Numbered from the stretch's first letter, positions 37,281 to 49,739 are shown. The stretch is DNA of 64,000 nt from Lama guanicoe (GCA_013239625.1 MU054466.1:7961770-8025769); one strand, 5' to 3'. Numbers and translations: made by a program. Notes: generated from the letters alone by a model not told the origin.

Positions 37281-37560
37281 TTGATTATGTTGATTGGATC
37301 CATAGCACCAAATAATTTAGATGCCTTGAAATATGACAATCAGAGAGTGGAAAATTAATGGTACAAAACTTCAGGGACTCACATCCTCAGTGAAGCTGAG
37401 GGCTCTAAATGTCTAAATATGTCAAAATATCCCCTTGAAGATAGAATAAAATTTGCTAAAATTTTACCATCTGCCACTCAAAAAGATGTGTAAAAAACCA
37501 TGGTGGATAATTTTGAATTTTGGGGGTGGGGGGGCAACACATCACTTTTGAATGTACCAC
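37280..37560 (+). mobile_element. ERVL-class reverse transcriptase remnant
   Basis: IMLIG...LDAL...EWKINGTKLQGLTSSVK...CQNIPLK...FEFW..QHI follows ERVL RT DIMLIG..GWEINPTKIQGPSTSVKFLG..CRDIPSK..FGFWRQHI, with stops and frameshifts. Confidence 0.7.
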
Positions 37561-37739
37561 TCCAACCTATTTCCCTGATCAGTCCCCAGATACCACCTGT
37601 GCTCTGTTTCCTGAGATCAATCCTTATATCAATTTCTCTATCAGTCAGCATCTAGACTTGAGAGAGAAATCACATGAGTTATTCAAACAGAGAAAAGAAA
37701 GAACTGAAAATTAGATATTGAAGGATGGAAAAGACACAA

Positions 37740-38282
37740 AGACATCCTGGAAATATTAACATCAGTAAACAGTTACCACCCTGTGACTCGGCGAACGTGG
37801 AAGTATTAACACGTGAAAGCTTGGAGAAGAAGCCGTGCACGGGGTTGGGGGGGCAGTTAGCTGGTGCCTATGTCTGTCTCTGAGCTCAGATCAAGGACCT
37901 TGTGAGACTGGGACCTGGACCTTTGGGGAGGATGAGCTCGATGACTAGTGATAAAGAGACACGTGGAGGCTTATCTGTAAGTGCTGGGAAACTAGAAACG
38001 GGAGGCAGCAGCCGCCCTGGAATGAACAGCGGCAGCCAGTGTGAAAGAGCAAAGCTAGGATGAAGCTGACAGGTGGGATAACAAAGAAAAAGCCAACAGG
38101 AAGCCCCTATGGAAAAGCAAGCCCCTTCTTCATCTTCCAGTCGTCCAGTGCACCTGTGTCATCGCATCCACAGGGTGCCGGCAAAGCAGGAATGTGGGTG
38201 ACAGAGTCCTAGCTCCATGTCACAAAAGAACTCGGAGAAAAGTAGATCTGAAGTTGAAAATCAATAGCTTAATAAGTGGCAC
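37740..38282. mobile_element. Old ERVL-class LTR (subfamily not determined)
   Basis: ggcaaagcaggaatgtgggtgacagagtcctagctcc...aatagcttaataagtggcac resembles an ancient LTR terminus. Confidence 0.5.
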
Positions 38283-38685
38283 CCTATGTAAGAATTACTT
38301 AGTGGTCTCTAGCTTATGTGCGAACACTTTAATCATGTTTTGTGTGCCCAGATGAAGATAAAATGTTTAAATTAATACCTTTTAAGAAGATAAAGACAGA
38401 CAATAAATCAGATAAGCGTTGCTAATTTCAGCTGTTTTCATGCTGTTTGCTTCTTGCTGTATTACATTGCTGAATTCAGTGTAACTGCATGCTTGGAAAT
38501 GCAATTTTGAGTTGGGTGCAATTGTAGCAGGAATTTTTTTTTTTTAATCGGAGGACATACTCCCAGAAAGATGGACCATGTTAGTTAGTACTGTGGCATC
38601 ATTTAGGTCCCCAGCATGGAACTACATGCCACGAGGACATACAAGGAAGGACTTAATGTGCTGAGCATGAATTTTAAAGTGATGG

Positions 38686-39020
38686 TGCTGTGGACTGAAT
38701 GCTTGTGTCCCCCCCAAATTCCTATGTTGCAGCCTAATTGTCGGTGTGATGGCATTTGGAGGTGGGGCCCTTGGGAGGTGAGTAAGTCAGTCATGAATCT
38801 CATGGATGGGAATAGTGCCTTTATGACAGAGATTCCAGAAAGTTCCCTCCTCCCCTTTGTCATATGAGGACACAGTGAAAGGAGGACCCTCTATGAATCA
38901 GGAAGCAGGCTGTCACCAAATAGAATGTGTCAGCATCTTGATCTCGGACTTCGCAAGCCTCCAGAAGTGTGAGGAATACAGTTCTGTTGTTCATGAGCCA
39001 CCCAGTTTATGGGACTAAGA
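38686..39020 (+). mobile_element. MLT1A-type MaLR solo LTR
   Basis: tgctgtggactgaatgcttgtgtccccccaaattc...ggaggtggggcc...tgaggacacagtga...gcctccagaagtgtgagg...gactaaga. Confidence 0.88.
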
Positions 39021-39559
39021 TGGAAGTTTTGCCTACTCATGAGATACCGGATGCTTTGTTTTACTTCAGGATCAACAAATAAACATTAATGAAGAAGGGA
39101 GGAAATATGACTTAGTTTGGGACCTTATCTGAAGAACACCTGCTAGTGTAAGTCCATTTCACTGGTAAGACAAGGAAGAAAACAGAGTTTGTGGACTGTG
39201 TACTTTTATTTATCCATTCAGTCTTCTAATCATCAATTTGTTCAGTTACAATCCATATTATCTTCAAACTTGATAAATAGGAATGGAATGGGCTTGACCC
39301 ATTATATAATTTCTAAAATTATGTTTTTTCTTTGTGGAAATCATGCTTTATGTGTAACAGGTCCTATTTTCAAGAGTCCCAAATCACATGCATTTCCTTA
39401 AATCTTTGGAGGTGGTTAAACACATATCTCAATCAGGCATGTTTATTACTTAGTAGAAGTGTAATTGGTGGAGTTAGAACTTGGCTGCTAGGCATTCAGT
39501 AAGACCTTGTTCCATTTGTCCTCTGGCAAGTGATGGATCTCTCTGTCTAAGAGCTCTTC

Positions 39560-40490
39560 CTCTCCCTCTGGCTTGACTTCATCCTTCCGGTCTCTGCTCA
39601 GTAGTCACTTTCTTGGAAGGATCTTTCTAAACCTCTTAAGTTGACTACCTTCAACAACATTTAATTTTTATCATCATCTTGCATTTGTCATTTCTTTTTA
39701 TTGATTTATAATCACTTTACAATGTTGTGTCAAACTCCAGTGTAGAGCACAATTTTTCAGTTATACATAAACATATATATATTCATTGTCACATTTTTTT
39801 CTCTGTGAGCTGCCATAAGATCTTGTGTGTATTTCCCTGTGCTACACAGTATAATCTTGTTTATCTATTCTACAATTTTGAAATCCTGTCCATCCCTTCC
39901 CACCCTCCGCCCCCATGGCAACCACAAGTTTGTATTCTATGTCTATGAGTCTGTTTCTGTTTTGTATTTATGCTTTGTTTGTTTGTTGTTTTTTTTTGGG
40001 GGGGGGGTTTAGATTCCACATATGAGCAATCTCATATGGTATTTTTCTTTCTCTTTCTGCGTACTTCACTTAGAATGACATTCTCCAGGTCCATCCCTCT
40101 TGCTGCAAATGGCATTCTTTTATCATTTTTATGGCTGAGTAGTATTCCATTGTATAAATATACCACCTCTTCTTTATCCAGTCACCTGTTGATGGACGTT
40201 TAGACTGTTTCCATGTCTTGGCTATTGTACATAGTGCTGCTATGAACATTGGGGTGCAGGTGTCATCCTGAAGTAGGGTTCCTTCTGGATATATGCCCAG
40301 GAGTGGGATTCCTGGGTCATACGGTATCTTCATTTCATTTTTGACATTTGTCATGTGCCTACAGTTGGTCTTCCCTAAGGAGAATATCAGCTCCTTGAGA
40401 GCAAAGACCTTGCTTGTATCGTTCACCAGTGCAGCCCTGCAGAAAAAAGTTGGACTCATGGGAGGCATTCAATACCTATTTTGATAGTGA
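39560..40490 (+). mobile_element. LINE L2 fragment split by a younger L1 insertion
   Basis: ccttccggtctctgctcagtagtcactttcttggaagg before the L1; agctccttgagagcaaagacc...ggaggcattcaatacctattttga after it. Confidence 0.6.
39692..40326 (-). mobile_element. Young lineage-specific L1, 5'-truncated (ORF2 C-terminus + 3'UTR)
   Basis: Minus-strand ORF IPYDPGIPLLGIYPEGTLLQDDTCTPMFIAALCTIAKTWKQSKRPSTGDWIKKRWYIYTMEYYSAIK is the L1 ORF2 C-terminus; poly(T) and tttattg at the left end. Confidence 0.95.
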
Positions 40491-42414
40491 AATTTAGTAG
40501 AATGGACTTTTTAGTGGAAGGCACGTATCTTTGCTCGGTTAAAGGTGTTTGTTAGATACAAACCAACACGGGTTCTTTCTCGGCTTCCCTATAATCACAT
40601 TGTTCCCGAAGGTCTGTTACTGACCACAGTCCCTTGTTCCTAACTTCCACTTCTTGCTCTGTGCTGGTGGGTGGGGTGGGGAGGAGCGGTGAGGATGAGA
40701 CGTGAGCAAGTAGAGAGGAGAATGGAGTCCCGCTGGGATCTTTTCAAGGTTGTTTCTTTGCAGGTGAAGAGTGAGGCACTGCAGATCCCCTGCAAGGTGT
40801 CCAGTGTGGATGTGGCCTCTCCTAGCTTAGAACCCTGAACGGCATCTTCTCTAGTTCTCTATCTGTGGAGTCCCTCGATGGGTATCTGAATGGGGACAGA
40901 GGCCTCCCTGTTGAAGCGACAGCCCTGTGACTCACTTGGAAGATGAGCACAGTGAAGAGTTGCTGCGACATTCAGGTGACTAGAAATCCACAGTTCTGAC
41001 TTCAAACTTACCCCAGACATTTTCAGGGGCAAATGCTCTTTGAAAGTTTTTTGAGGGGATGTTTTTCATATTGTATATAACTCTATAAAAACTCTGTATC
41101 ATGCTACAAACCCATCAGACTAATTCTTAGAACGACATCTTGATCTCTGAGTTCTTCTGGGATTAAGCATCAGAAAGAATCAAAGTGATCATTAAAACTC
41201 TACTTTTACATTTTGAAAAATCTGTAGATTAAAACAATAGGCTATTAATCTGTTCAGATTTTCAAGGTGAACCGTTGTGTGGGTGTACATTTGGGGTGGT
41301 GGGGAGCAGAGGAGTGGTGGGATATGAAACCTCTTAGAAAAGGGTAGTTTGCCCCCCAACGCTGTTCTTCCCTTTTTCTTATGCTGCTGCTTTGAAATTG
41401 GAAACAAATGAACAACTTCTCATTGTTCAGAAAGGATTTATTGGTCAGTGTTTTGGTTATTTACAATAATCTATCTATTCTTAGGAAACAGTACGTTGTA
41501 TACTTATTCATGTGACACAAATGTAGGAATTCATGTTACAACACTCCTCCCTGAAAAAAGAAAGCAGAGTCTGTGCTAAAATACATACACGTAATTACAC
41601 CCCCCCACCCCCACAGAGACATACCTATTATTGCTAAGATCGAGTTAGTCCTTAGGTAAATCTATATTTAACTTTTCCAGCAGGCCTCCACGATAATAAA
41701 GTTGTCAAGCCATTTTTCCTTAATAATTACTGACTCCAGCTATAAATCCCTAAACTGGTCAATAACCTATAACCCAGCACCTCTCGAAATGGAAGGTGGG
41801 ATATTTATGTGCCCCCTGGGAACAGCTTGTGTATAAAGTCCCAAGGAGCGTGCGCGCTGGCCGGGACCCCCTTTCCCCAGCCAGCACCGAAGCACAATGG
41901 GGCGGACCTCTTCCCTCTGTCCTCCCCTCCCCCACCTGCAGTGTCCGGGACTGCTTCTCTTGGAAGGCTTGAATCACACCCAACTTAACATATTAGGTGC
42001 TAGCTTAGCACACGCAGCACTAAACCACACCACAGCTCATTAACCTTTAGACTATAAAAAAGAAACAAAAAAAAAAAAGAAACTTGCAAAAATGTCAGCT
42101 TAGCTTTCCATTTCAATAACAGGGTCCGGGGTGAACAAAGAAGGAAAATACAAACCCTCCGATTGTGTGGTCATTATTCAGCATCTCTTACTTCATAATT
42201 ATTTGTTTAAAGTCGTAAAGTGAAACATATTCAGAAAATTAGCTTCTAATTGTACATTTTACTTCAAGTGCATTATGTCACATTTTTTTCACGAATATAT
42301 TAGAATGACTTATACATGGTGTGAAGTTAAAGAAATCATTCTTTTACAATATGCTGAAACTTTTTCCCAAAGAAACGCAGCACTCCGTTAAGATCTTTTC
42401 CCACTAGACTCTCA

Positions 42415-42525
42415 GAGTTCAACAAATGTTTGTTAAGAACATACCATGTCTTAGGCACAGCTCAAGGGCGCTGGAGATGTGGCAGAGAACAAAACTCAAG
42501 ATGCCGCTTTTACGGAGCTTACGTG
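42415..42525 (-). mobile_element. LINE L2 3' end
   Basis: ttcaacaaatgtttgttaagaacataccatgtcttaggcacag...gctggagat...gaacaaaac...ggagcttac. Confidence 0.7.
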
Positions 42526-42588
42526 CGTTTTAGGATTTTGCATCACTCTCTGCTATATGCTCATATGTGCTTGTGTCTTTTCCCTCAG

Positions 42589-42723
42589 GCTGGAGATAAA
42601 TCCTAGAATGCGTGATTCCATTCTGCCTTGTTCAACATACACTCCTTTAGAAATAACAAAGGCATTTTGTACATTAACAGTCAGCAGTATTTATTATTGT
42701 CCCAGAAGAGTGAAGATAAGCAG
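42589..42723 (+). other. Candidate internal exon (135 nt, frame-preserving)
   Basis: cttgtgtcttttccctcag| acceptor, CAG|gtaaga donor, one open frame (LEINPRMRDSILPC...RRVKIS). Confidence 0.18.
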
Positions 42724-42756
42724 GTAAGATTCAAGTATCCAAATGGCTTCTTCTTA

Positions 42757-42883
42757 GGGGTGGAGGGGATAGCTCAGCGGTAGAGCACGTGCTTAGCATG
42801 CACAGGGTCCTGAGTTCAATCCCCAGGACCTCCATTTAAATAAATAAATAAACCAAATTAGCACCCCCCCAAAAAAACCCCCA
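42757..42883 (+). mobile_element. Camelid tRNA-derived SINE (Vic-1 type), full length with TSD
   Basis: ggggtggagggg head, A box tagctcagcgg (42770-42780), B box gagttcaatcc (42812-42822), (taaa)n then C-run/A tail; TSD caaatg(g)cttcttctta at 42740-42756 and 42884-42899. Confidence 0.9.
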
Positions 42884-43154
42884 CAAATGCTTCTTCTTAC
42901 TTCTCCCCTCTCATGAGCAACTCCAGCCCAATGTGCAGATCACAGACAGGGAGGTACATGACCTCCAGTAAAATGAATGTGTCAGCTCAGTGGCTTTGAC
43001 CGGTCGTGTCCTGATGGCCTTAACTAAGAGCAGAAAGCCTCAGCCTCCAGGACAAGCAGGTTTCCTGGTGGCTCCAACTGGCCATGCATTTTCAGATATC
43101 TGGAAACAGAAAAAGCTGCCAGAAAACTAAGGTTCATCACACTGCCCTAGACTC

Positions 43155-43292
43155 TGTGTGTGCGTGTGTGTGTATAATATATGTGTAATAATACATTATA
43201 TTTTATTAATACATTATACATAATACAATTACATAATAAGACATCATATACACGTGTATCTATTATATATCAATTTGAGAGAGAGAGAGAGT
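43155..43292. repeat. Compound (TG)/(TA-rich)/(GA) simple repeat
   Basis: tgtgtgtgcgtgtgtgtg, taatacattata repeats, gagagagagagaga. Confidence 0.8.
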
Positions 43293-43489
43293 GGGCACTT
43301 ACTATGCAACTGTTAAGGTTACAAAGAAAAGAAATTGCCTCCAAAGGGAAAAAAATGACTCGAGTAATTCTCAGTAGAGCTGGGAACGTGATCATTGGAG
43401 GGGTAGGATTCTGCAGACTTAGACACATGGTTAGGTCGAGGAAGTGTTTCCAGAAAATATGGCACTCCGTGTGAACCTTTTCAAAAGAT

Positions 43490-43640
43490 CCAGCTCATCG
43501 TGTTTTGCACCCATTTAGCTCCTCCCGAGAGTCAGCCTCTAGGCTAAATGCTGGGGATTCCGTGGTGAACAGCACCGGTGGTGCCCCTGTTCAGAGGAGC
43601 CTGGAACCTAATGAGGCCGTGAGACGCAGTCAGTTACAGA
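43490..43640 (-). mobile_element. LINE L2 fragment
   Basis: ggctaaatgctggggattccgtggtgaacagcac...gcccctgttcagaggagcct. Confidence 0.55.
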
Positions 43641-43817
43641 AAACCACATACACAGTTCAGCAGTGCCGGGGGCAGGGTGTGACCAACTGAAGCGTGGGGC
43701 GGGGGCTTCCCTCTGTACACACTAGGACTGAAACAACACTGTGTGTAATAGTGTGTGTATGTGTTCTCCTAGTCACGCGGCGTTAGGACGGTTTTAAAAT
43801 ACAGCAATTATATTAGG

Positions 43818-44615
43818 GCTGCTAGTTCAATTTCTGCTTTCTTCCTTCATAAATGACTTTGCTTGGTCATATTGCTTCCACATATTGCTTGGGAAGATCT
43901 TCCTGCCCCCAACTCAAGTTCACAGGTCCTGATCATGTTAAGATTTCATGATTCTCACCATAATACTCTCCATTCTCACTCTGTTTAATTGGTTTAGGAG
44001 TGGGCAGATGGTCCGGTCCTGGCCAAGGAGACTTCAGGTTTTTAGGGGGGATTTTCAAGGGAGCCTTGAGACAGGATTTCTTAATTTAACAGTGGCACCT
44101 GTAGAAAGGCCCCTGGTGTCAGTGAAGGTATATGGCCTGTCTGGGCGGCTATAAAAGACCCCTCAAAGGCCATGACTTAAAAACCACAGCGACGTATTCC
44201 TTTCCTATGGCGCTGCTGTGCGCACATCCCATTGGACAGATCCCGGTTGCTTCATCACCCTTAGTTGCCAAGAAGGCTGGGAAATGAGGTTGCCCGGTGG
44301 GAGCCTTCTACCTTCTGCTGCTAAGGAGGAAGAGGAAATGGATACGAGAGCTAAAACCAGTAGGCTCTCCCACAATCTCCCTTACGCCCTGGAGATTTTC
44401 ATGCAAGTTGATGCTTCGACTGGTTGGGGTTACCTAGGAACAACCCTAAGTTGTGGGATGAACCCAGAAACCAGAGACTTGAAGAACGTGGGTCTTTGGT
44501 GACACAACTGGGCTTCTGATGCCTGGTATAACTGGAGAGTGACTTCTTCATTTACATTTAGTTATGTAACATGTTTCCTATTTTTCTTTAAAGCCAGGTT
44601 AAGTTGGGGTATCTT
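43818..44615. mobile_element. Old ERVL LTR (LTR16/LTR33-like), probably composite
   Basis: attggtttaggagtgggcagatggtccggtcctggccaaggagac and tttaaagccaggttaagttgggg motifs. Confidence 0.5.
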
Positions 44616-45029
44616 AATTGATTTGAACACAGATTTTCTTTTTTCCTACAACACAATGACAAGTTTGCAAAACTTGTTTTCAGTTTTGTCTCAAGTTCTT
44701 TGTTTCACATAATAGGTCATTTGGCTAAGTGATCAATTTCTTCTGCATTTATCACTCCAGGATACTTTTATAGCTCCCTTATTTGGATTACTGAATTTTT
44801 TTTTTTGCCCTTTTTTTTTTCACTATTGAACTCCAAAACAAAATAGTCAGAAAATCTACTAACGCATACCACAAAGCAAGCAACCAGTGGGAGAACATTT
44901 ACCATTTTCTTGTTGTTTTTAATATTTAGAAATTTAGAATTAAAATACAAAGATTTGCATTTTTAGGGGAAGCTAAAGAAGAGAAGATGTAATACATTTG
45001 AATAGAATACCACTAATAGGTTTCTCCAT

Positions 45030-45560
45030 TGCCCCCAAGCAAAATCTGCCTCCCTGTTGAAATGCAGAAATGTTTCATGCTAGGGCTGAGCAGAAAATAT
45101 GTAATGATTAAGCCTAAAAATCTCTTGTCATAACAGAAATCAAGGAAGATGTCCAAAACTATCAGGCTTTTGTAAAAGGGACTGAGAAGTCAAAGTGAAG
45201 AGGTCCCCACAAATACTGGTGGGACACTTTAAATTTTGCTAGCACAGTCACTGCAATTAATAGAAATATGTCAGATGCGTTTATATCCGTAAGTTCAGAG
45301 TGATACTGTAAAGTACCATGCAAGCCATCTCTGAAGAAAGTCAGAGATACGATGCATTATTTTGAAAACTGGTAAATGAGGAGAAAGTCTCAAGCATTTA
45401 TCCTGACATTTCTGTGTGAACCGTACTTGGGGTTAGTCGGCAGATTTTCTGACCTGAGGAATAGGTGACAGATTTTTATGCAGAAGCAGTCCAGCTAATT
45501 AAAAAAAAATTAGACCGGGAAATCAAATTGGTCACTTGTTGATACCATCAGTATATAGAT
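45030..45560 (+). mobile_element. L1MC-type 3' region fragment
   Basis: ctagggctgagcagaaaata...tcttgtcataacagaaatcaaggaag...aaagggactgagaagtcaa...tattttgaaaactggtaaat. Confidence 0.65.
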
Positions 45561-45574
45561 CTGTATATAGCATA

Positions 45575-46020
45575 CAGCTAAAATGCTTTTGGTTACAAGA
45601 AACAAAATCAACACTGGCTTTCTTAAGCAAAGAGGAGTCAAGTAAAAGATAAGGGGTTAGAACAATTGATGGGGAGTTAAGAGGAACAGGCTTGGAAAAC
45701 AGACCAATCAGAGCCTACACCAGGCATTCAAGAAGCAGGAAGTTGTACAACTATGTTTCAGGAGAGACGTTCTGGCCTGAATGCTGTGATTACAGGACAC
45801 GGCCACTCCTGCTTCTGCATATGGATTTTCATCTTTTCTTCAACTTTGTCTTACTTGCTCAAGATTCAGATCCTGGACAAGAGCCTCTGACTGGTAAAAC
45901 GTTGAGGTCATGTGCCCACGGGTTGCTCCTGGGGGTGGCTGAGCAGAGGGAGGCTCTGGTCCCTCGTGACTGCGTAGAAGGGGGAAGGCAATGCCTTATG
46001 CCAGTACCAAAAGGCTAGTG
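45575..46020. mobile_element. Old MLT1-type LTR fragment
   Basis: cttttggttacaagaaacaaaatcaacactggctttcttaagcaaa start. Confidence 0.45.
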
Positions 46021-46164
46021 TGTGTTTACTGTGCAATTCGGTAATAAAATATCTACATAGGTTTATGAGATAATATATAATATCAACATACTTTATATAT
46101 TTATAAATTAAAAGGCAGTAAATGATACAGAGACAACAGGAGAAACAGAAGGAATTGTACACCT

Positions 46165-46690
46165 ACTACAGGCAAGGTCTGTCATATGCCTCATCATTTC
46201 ATCCTTAAACCTCAAAAATCTTCATGGAAGACACTCTTTTTTCCCTTTCAGAGAGCCTCATAATTCAGGAGAATAAGTGAGGTCACTCACCGGAAATTAG
46301 CAGGGCCAGTGTTCAAAGTCTGCCTTCCTGACCACTAAACTCAGCCACTGTGAGACTCCAGGAAGAAGACATTATGTGCAATCAATACATTGGCTCAAGA
46401 GCTGACATTTGATTTGGACTTTGAGAGTTGGGTAAGTTTTGATATTCACTATTAGGGAAAGAGAATCCCAGGAAGAGGGAACCGCAAGACCAAGACTCGA
46501 AGAAGGAGTGCATTTTGGCAACACTGGGAAAAGAAGGCTGGCTAAGATGAAATCTTGGAATGCTTTGAAGGCCAGCCTAGAAAAAGAATTTGGTCTTGAG
46601 TCTGGGCATACTTGGAAATCAGATATCTTTGACCAGGATGAGTAACAGTGTTAGAACTTTGTGCTTCAGGAACATTAATTTGACAAAATT
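46165..46690 (-). mobile_element. MIR followed by L2 fragments
   Basis: tcatttcatcctt...aataagtgaggtcac (MIR); gacatttgatttggactttga...agaatttggtcttgagtct...tcaggaacattaatttgaca (L2). Confidence 0.5.
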
Positions 46691-47290
46691 TCATTAAATT
46701 ATGTGTTGATCTATGCTATCCTTGTTAAAAGAACATCACTTCGCATTCTTTATATGAGGACACAAAACCGTTCTTCATTGTTTTTTGTATTCAAAGAATC
46801 CTTGGCTGAAACTATCCCTGTGGATTATTTGGTATAGATATCCACCTTTAAACTTATATTAAGATAAAAATATCACACATCTAGCAGGTAGAATTAAAAC
46901 TGACGCTGGAACATGTACAAATTTCAAAAGGTGCTTTGCATTCAGTGTGCATCCCAGTATTTCACTTCAGAGAATCAGAAATGAGACCAAATGACTTTAA
47001 CAATATCAAATTATAAATTTATGTCAAAGCCAATAAAAGTCAAATTTAGCTCGCCCAACTCCCGGGTCCAGCTGGGCCTGCCACCTTCCACTACACAATC
47101 ACTGTCTTCTCTCCCGCTGGCTGGGAACAAAAACAGTCTCCCAGAAACTCCTGCAGGTAGTTGAACATCCTGTGTGCGAGAAATGTTTATAATTTAAGAA
47201 AAGTCCTTCAGATTTATCCGGCATTTTATGTATCCAACTTTGGTAAAAATTGACATCAAAAGTTAAACCGCCTCCAAAAGCCATATTTTG

Positions 47291-48252
47291 AAGCCGGACT
47301 TCTAGGATGTAAAATTATCAACAAATCAGCAGCTCACCATTTAGAAATTCAATTCCAACGCGAAATGGAAAAATCATATAAAGTTACGTGATTTTAATCT
47401 TCCCATAAAGAAAGAGCAAAGGAAGATTTATTTTTGAACTCTCCAGTTTCTCTTTCAAAAACACTCAAAATAAGTGCCAAAGGAGCATTTTAGGGCTTCT
47501 AACAGAAACCATCCATAAAACCAGCGCCATTATTTGCTACACGTGTTCTACTTCGATCTTTCTTTGAAATCAAAAGGAGAAATCTAACCTTGCTTGTTCT
47601 TCTTCACTGAGCTAAATGCATTGCGTAGCTTTTCGGAAAGGGTTAAATAATTTCCTCCTCTTCTGCACATTTTTTTTTCCCTTTTTGTGTGTGAGGTTCC
47701 CCACTAACCATAGCTCTGTCCAAGAGGAAATTAAAATGAAATACATCAGGCATGCTGGGACTTCACACTTCAGAGACTTACAAAGCAATATGGCCTGGTT
47801 AAATTGATTGTCACTTTAACTGCCCACAGCTACTCTTCAGGAAGGGGGCTTAACGGTTTTACTGTTCTTAGCGGGACCATATCCCTTTTCCAATGGCTTA
47901 ATTTAGGTTGTGCTGAAATTCCTATTAAAATCAGAGTCATTAATATTTCATTAAAAATACCCATGATGTCAGAAGCGGCCATTCCAGGCCTGCCAAGTTA
48001 CAAAGAAAACTCGCGTTTCCCCCTGGGGTTGTGCTAACATCCTGATATCCAAACCCACATTTACATTTTTCCATCAACCTGAACAAAAAACAAAAATGAG
48101 AGAAGAAATATATCAAGTGACTGCCGTCGTCTGGTGCCTTCTCTGTTTTAATGTCTTCGGGTTGTGCCATTAACTCTGGATGGTAAGATCATAAAAGCTG
48201 CCTTCAAGGATGGAAAATTATCAACAAATCAGCAGGCTGACCATTTAGATAT
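47291..48252 (+). repeat. Dispersed direct repeat pair (~60 bp; copies at 47291-47348 and 48195-48252)
   Basis: Exact shared core aaaattatcaacaaatcagcag (47311-47332, 48214-48235) with alignable flanks aagc.g.cttc.aggatg and ct.accatttaga.at. Confidence 0.9.
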
Positions 48253-48525
48253 CTCGGTTTTCCACCAATATACTAAAGCCTTTGACAAATGGATATGGGG
48301 TCTCTCTGTGTCAAGTGTCCTGAAAAGATTTTAACAAAAATCCTAGAGCCAGCACACCTTCGAAGCACGGAGCTGCCCAAATGAATTCATGTATAAAATG
48401 TCAATTAAGACCAAGACTCATTATCAGGCACTCGATCAACGACTTGTAGATATTTATTATTCTTTATTATTTGATTTAGAGAAAACTTCTTGTTACAGTC
48501 AACCAACTCAACATTCATTTGACTG

Positions 48526-48806
48526 CAGTCATCCCTAGGTACTCACAGGGATGGGTTCCGAGACCCCCAAGGATAGCAAACCCCAAGGATGCTCAAGTCC
48601 CTTATATAAACTGGCATGGTATTTGCATATAACCTATGCACATCCTCCCGTATACCTTAAATCATCTCTAGATAACCTACAATACATGTTCCAATGTTAA
48701 CGCTACGTAAATAGTTGTTAAGTACAATGAACATGTTATGTAAATAGCTGCCTGTGCACAGCAAATGCAAGTTTTGCTTTTTGGAACTTTCCGGAATTTT
48801 TTAAAA
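48526..48806 (+). mobile_element. TcMar-Tigger MER2
   Basis: cagtcatccctaggta...ggatgctcaagtcccttatataaa...gtatttgcatataacctatgcacatcctcccgtatac...aaatcatctctagat. Confidence 0.88.
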
Positions 48807-48949
48807 ACATAAATACAGCTTTGAAATCAGCAATCCAAAAATTTTAGCAATATGTTGCAGTTGTCCTTCAGAACAATTTAAATGTAAACACACACACACA
48901 AAACACACACAGACAAAGACATAAATTAAAAAGTAGGAATAGGTAAGAA

Positions 48950-49620
48950 GTACTCTGTTGTATGAATTTAACAATAATTGTATTTAATCAGTCTATTTTC
49001 GCTAGACATTGTGTTGCTTCTAATAGCTCAATGTTGTAAATAAAACTTTGATGAGCTATTTTGATCAACATTTTTCTCCATATAGTCAATTACCTTTGGA
49101 ATACAAGTTCCTAAAAAAAGGACTGCTGGATTAAATAATATATTTTATTTTTTACTTTGCATGAGCACTCTTAAACTGACCTCTTTAAAGATCAGAACAA
49201 TTAAGATATATTTTCCTGATAGGGTCTTCATAATTCAAATATTATGGGCTGAAAGGTAAATTATTCACATTGCTATTTGCTATTTCTTTCTTTTTGCCGT
49301 TTTTTTTTAATTTACATTCTTTTTTCTTTTTGCCATTTTTAATTTATATCTAAAATGTTAAAATTGTGGATATTTGTAAGCTAGGGATTTATTTTTGACA
49401 ATTTTTCCATAATTTATATGGGAATAATATAACTTTTTCCAAGTGAATTGAAATTGCATATTGCTCATTTGTAAAATATTAACATTTACCAATAGGTCTA
49501 TTTGCAGACTCTGTTCTCTTTCATTCGTCTCTCTTTCCTAGAACCAGTGGCAAAGTATTTGACTTGATGTAGCATTATAATATATTTAGGAGTCTGAAAT
49601 GTCCTTGAAATTTTTTTTAG
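48950..49620 (-). mobile_element. Ancient L1M fragments
   Basis: tatttaatcagtctatt...gacatt...ggactgctggatt; ggtctatttgcagactctgttctctttcatt. Confidence 0.55.
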
Positions 49621-49739
49621 TGTTTGTTCTTGCTTCTAAAAAGAAGAGAGTCATATAGGTAGATGAATATGTAAAAAACGATAAATGAGCGATGTACACA
49701 AAGGACAGATCCACTGAAACTTCAAAAACACCTCTCTTG

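Noticed and set aside
39727-39948. Apparent paralogous ORFs MSNSSVEHNFS (also 56875-57204)
   Set aside because: Antisense translation of two copies of the same L1 3'UTR
40070-40468. 132-aa ORF
   Set aside because: L1 ORF2 C-terminal remnant fused to flanking L2 sequence; not a host gene
42757-42835. tRNA gene
   Set aside because: The tRNA-like head with A/B boxes is followed by an AT-rich tail and flanked by a TSD, so it is a SINE
47311-48235. CRISPR-like array or miR-29-like pair
   Set aside because: Only two copies, 903 bp apart, in a mammalian genome; no hairpin and no match to mature miRNAs I know
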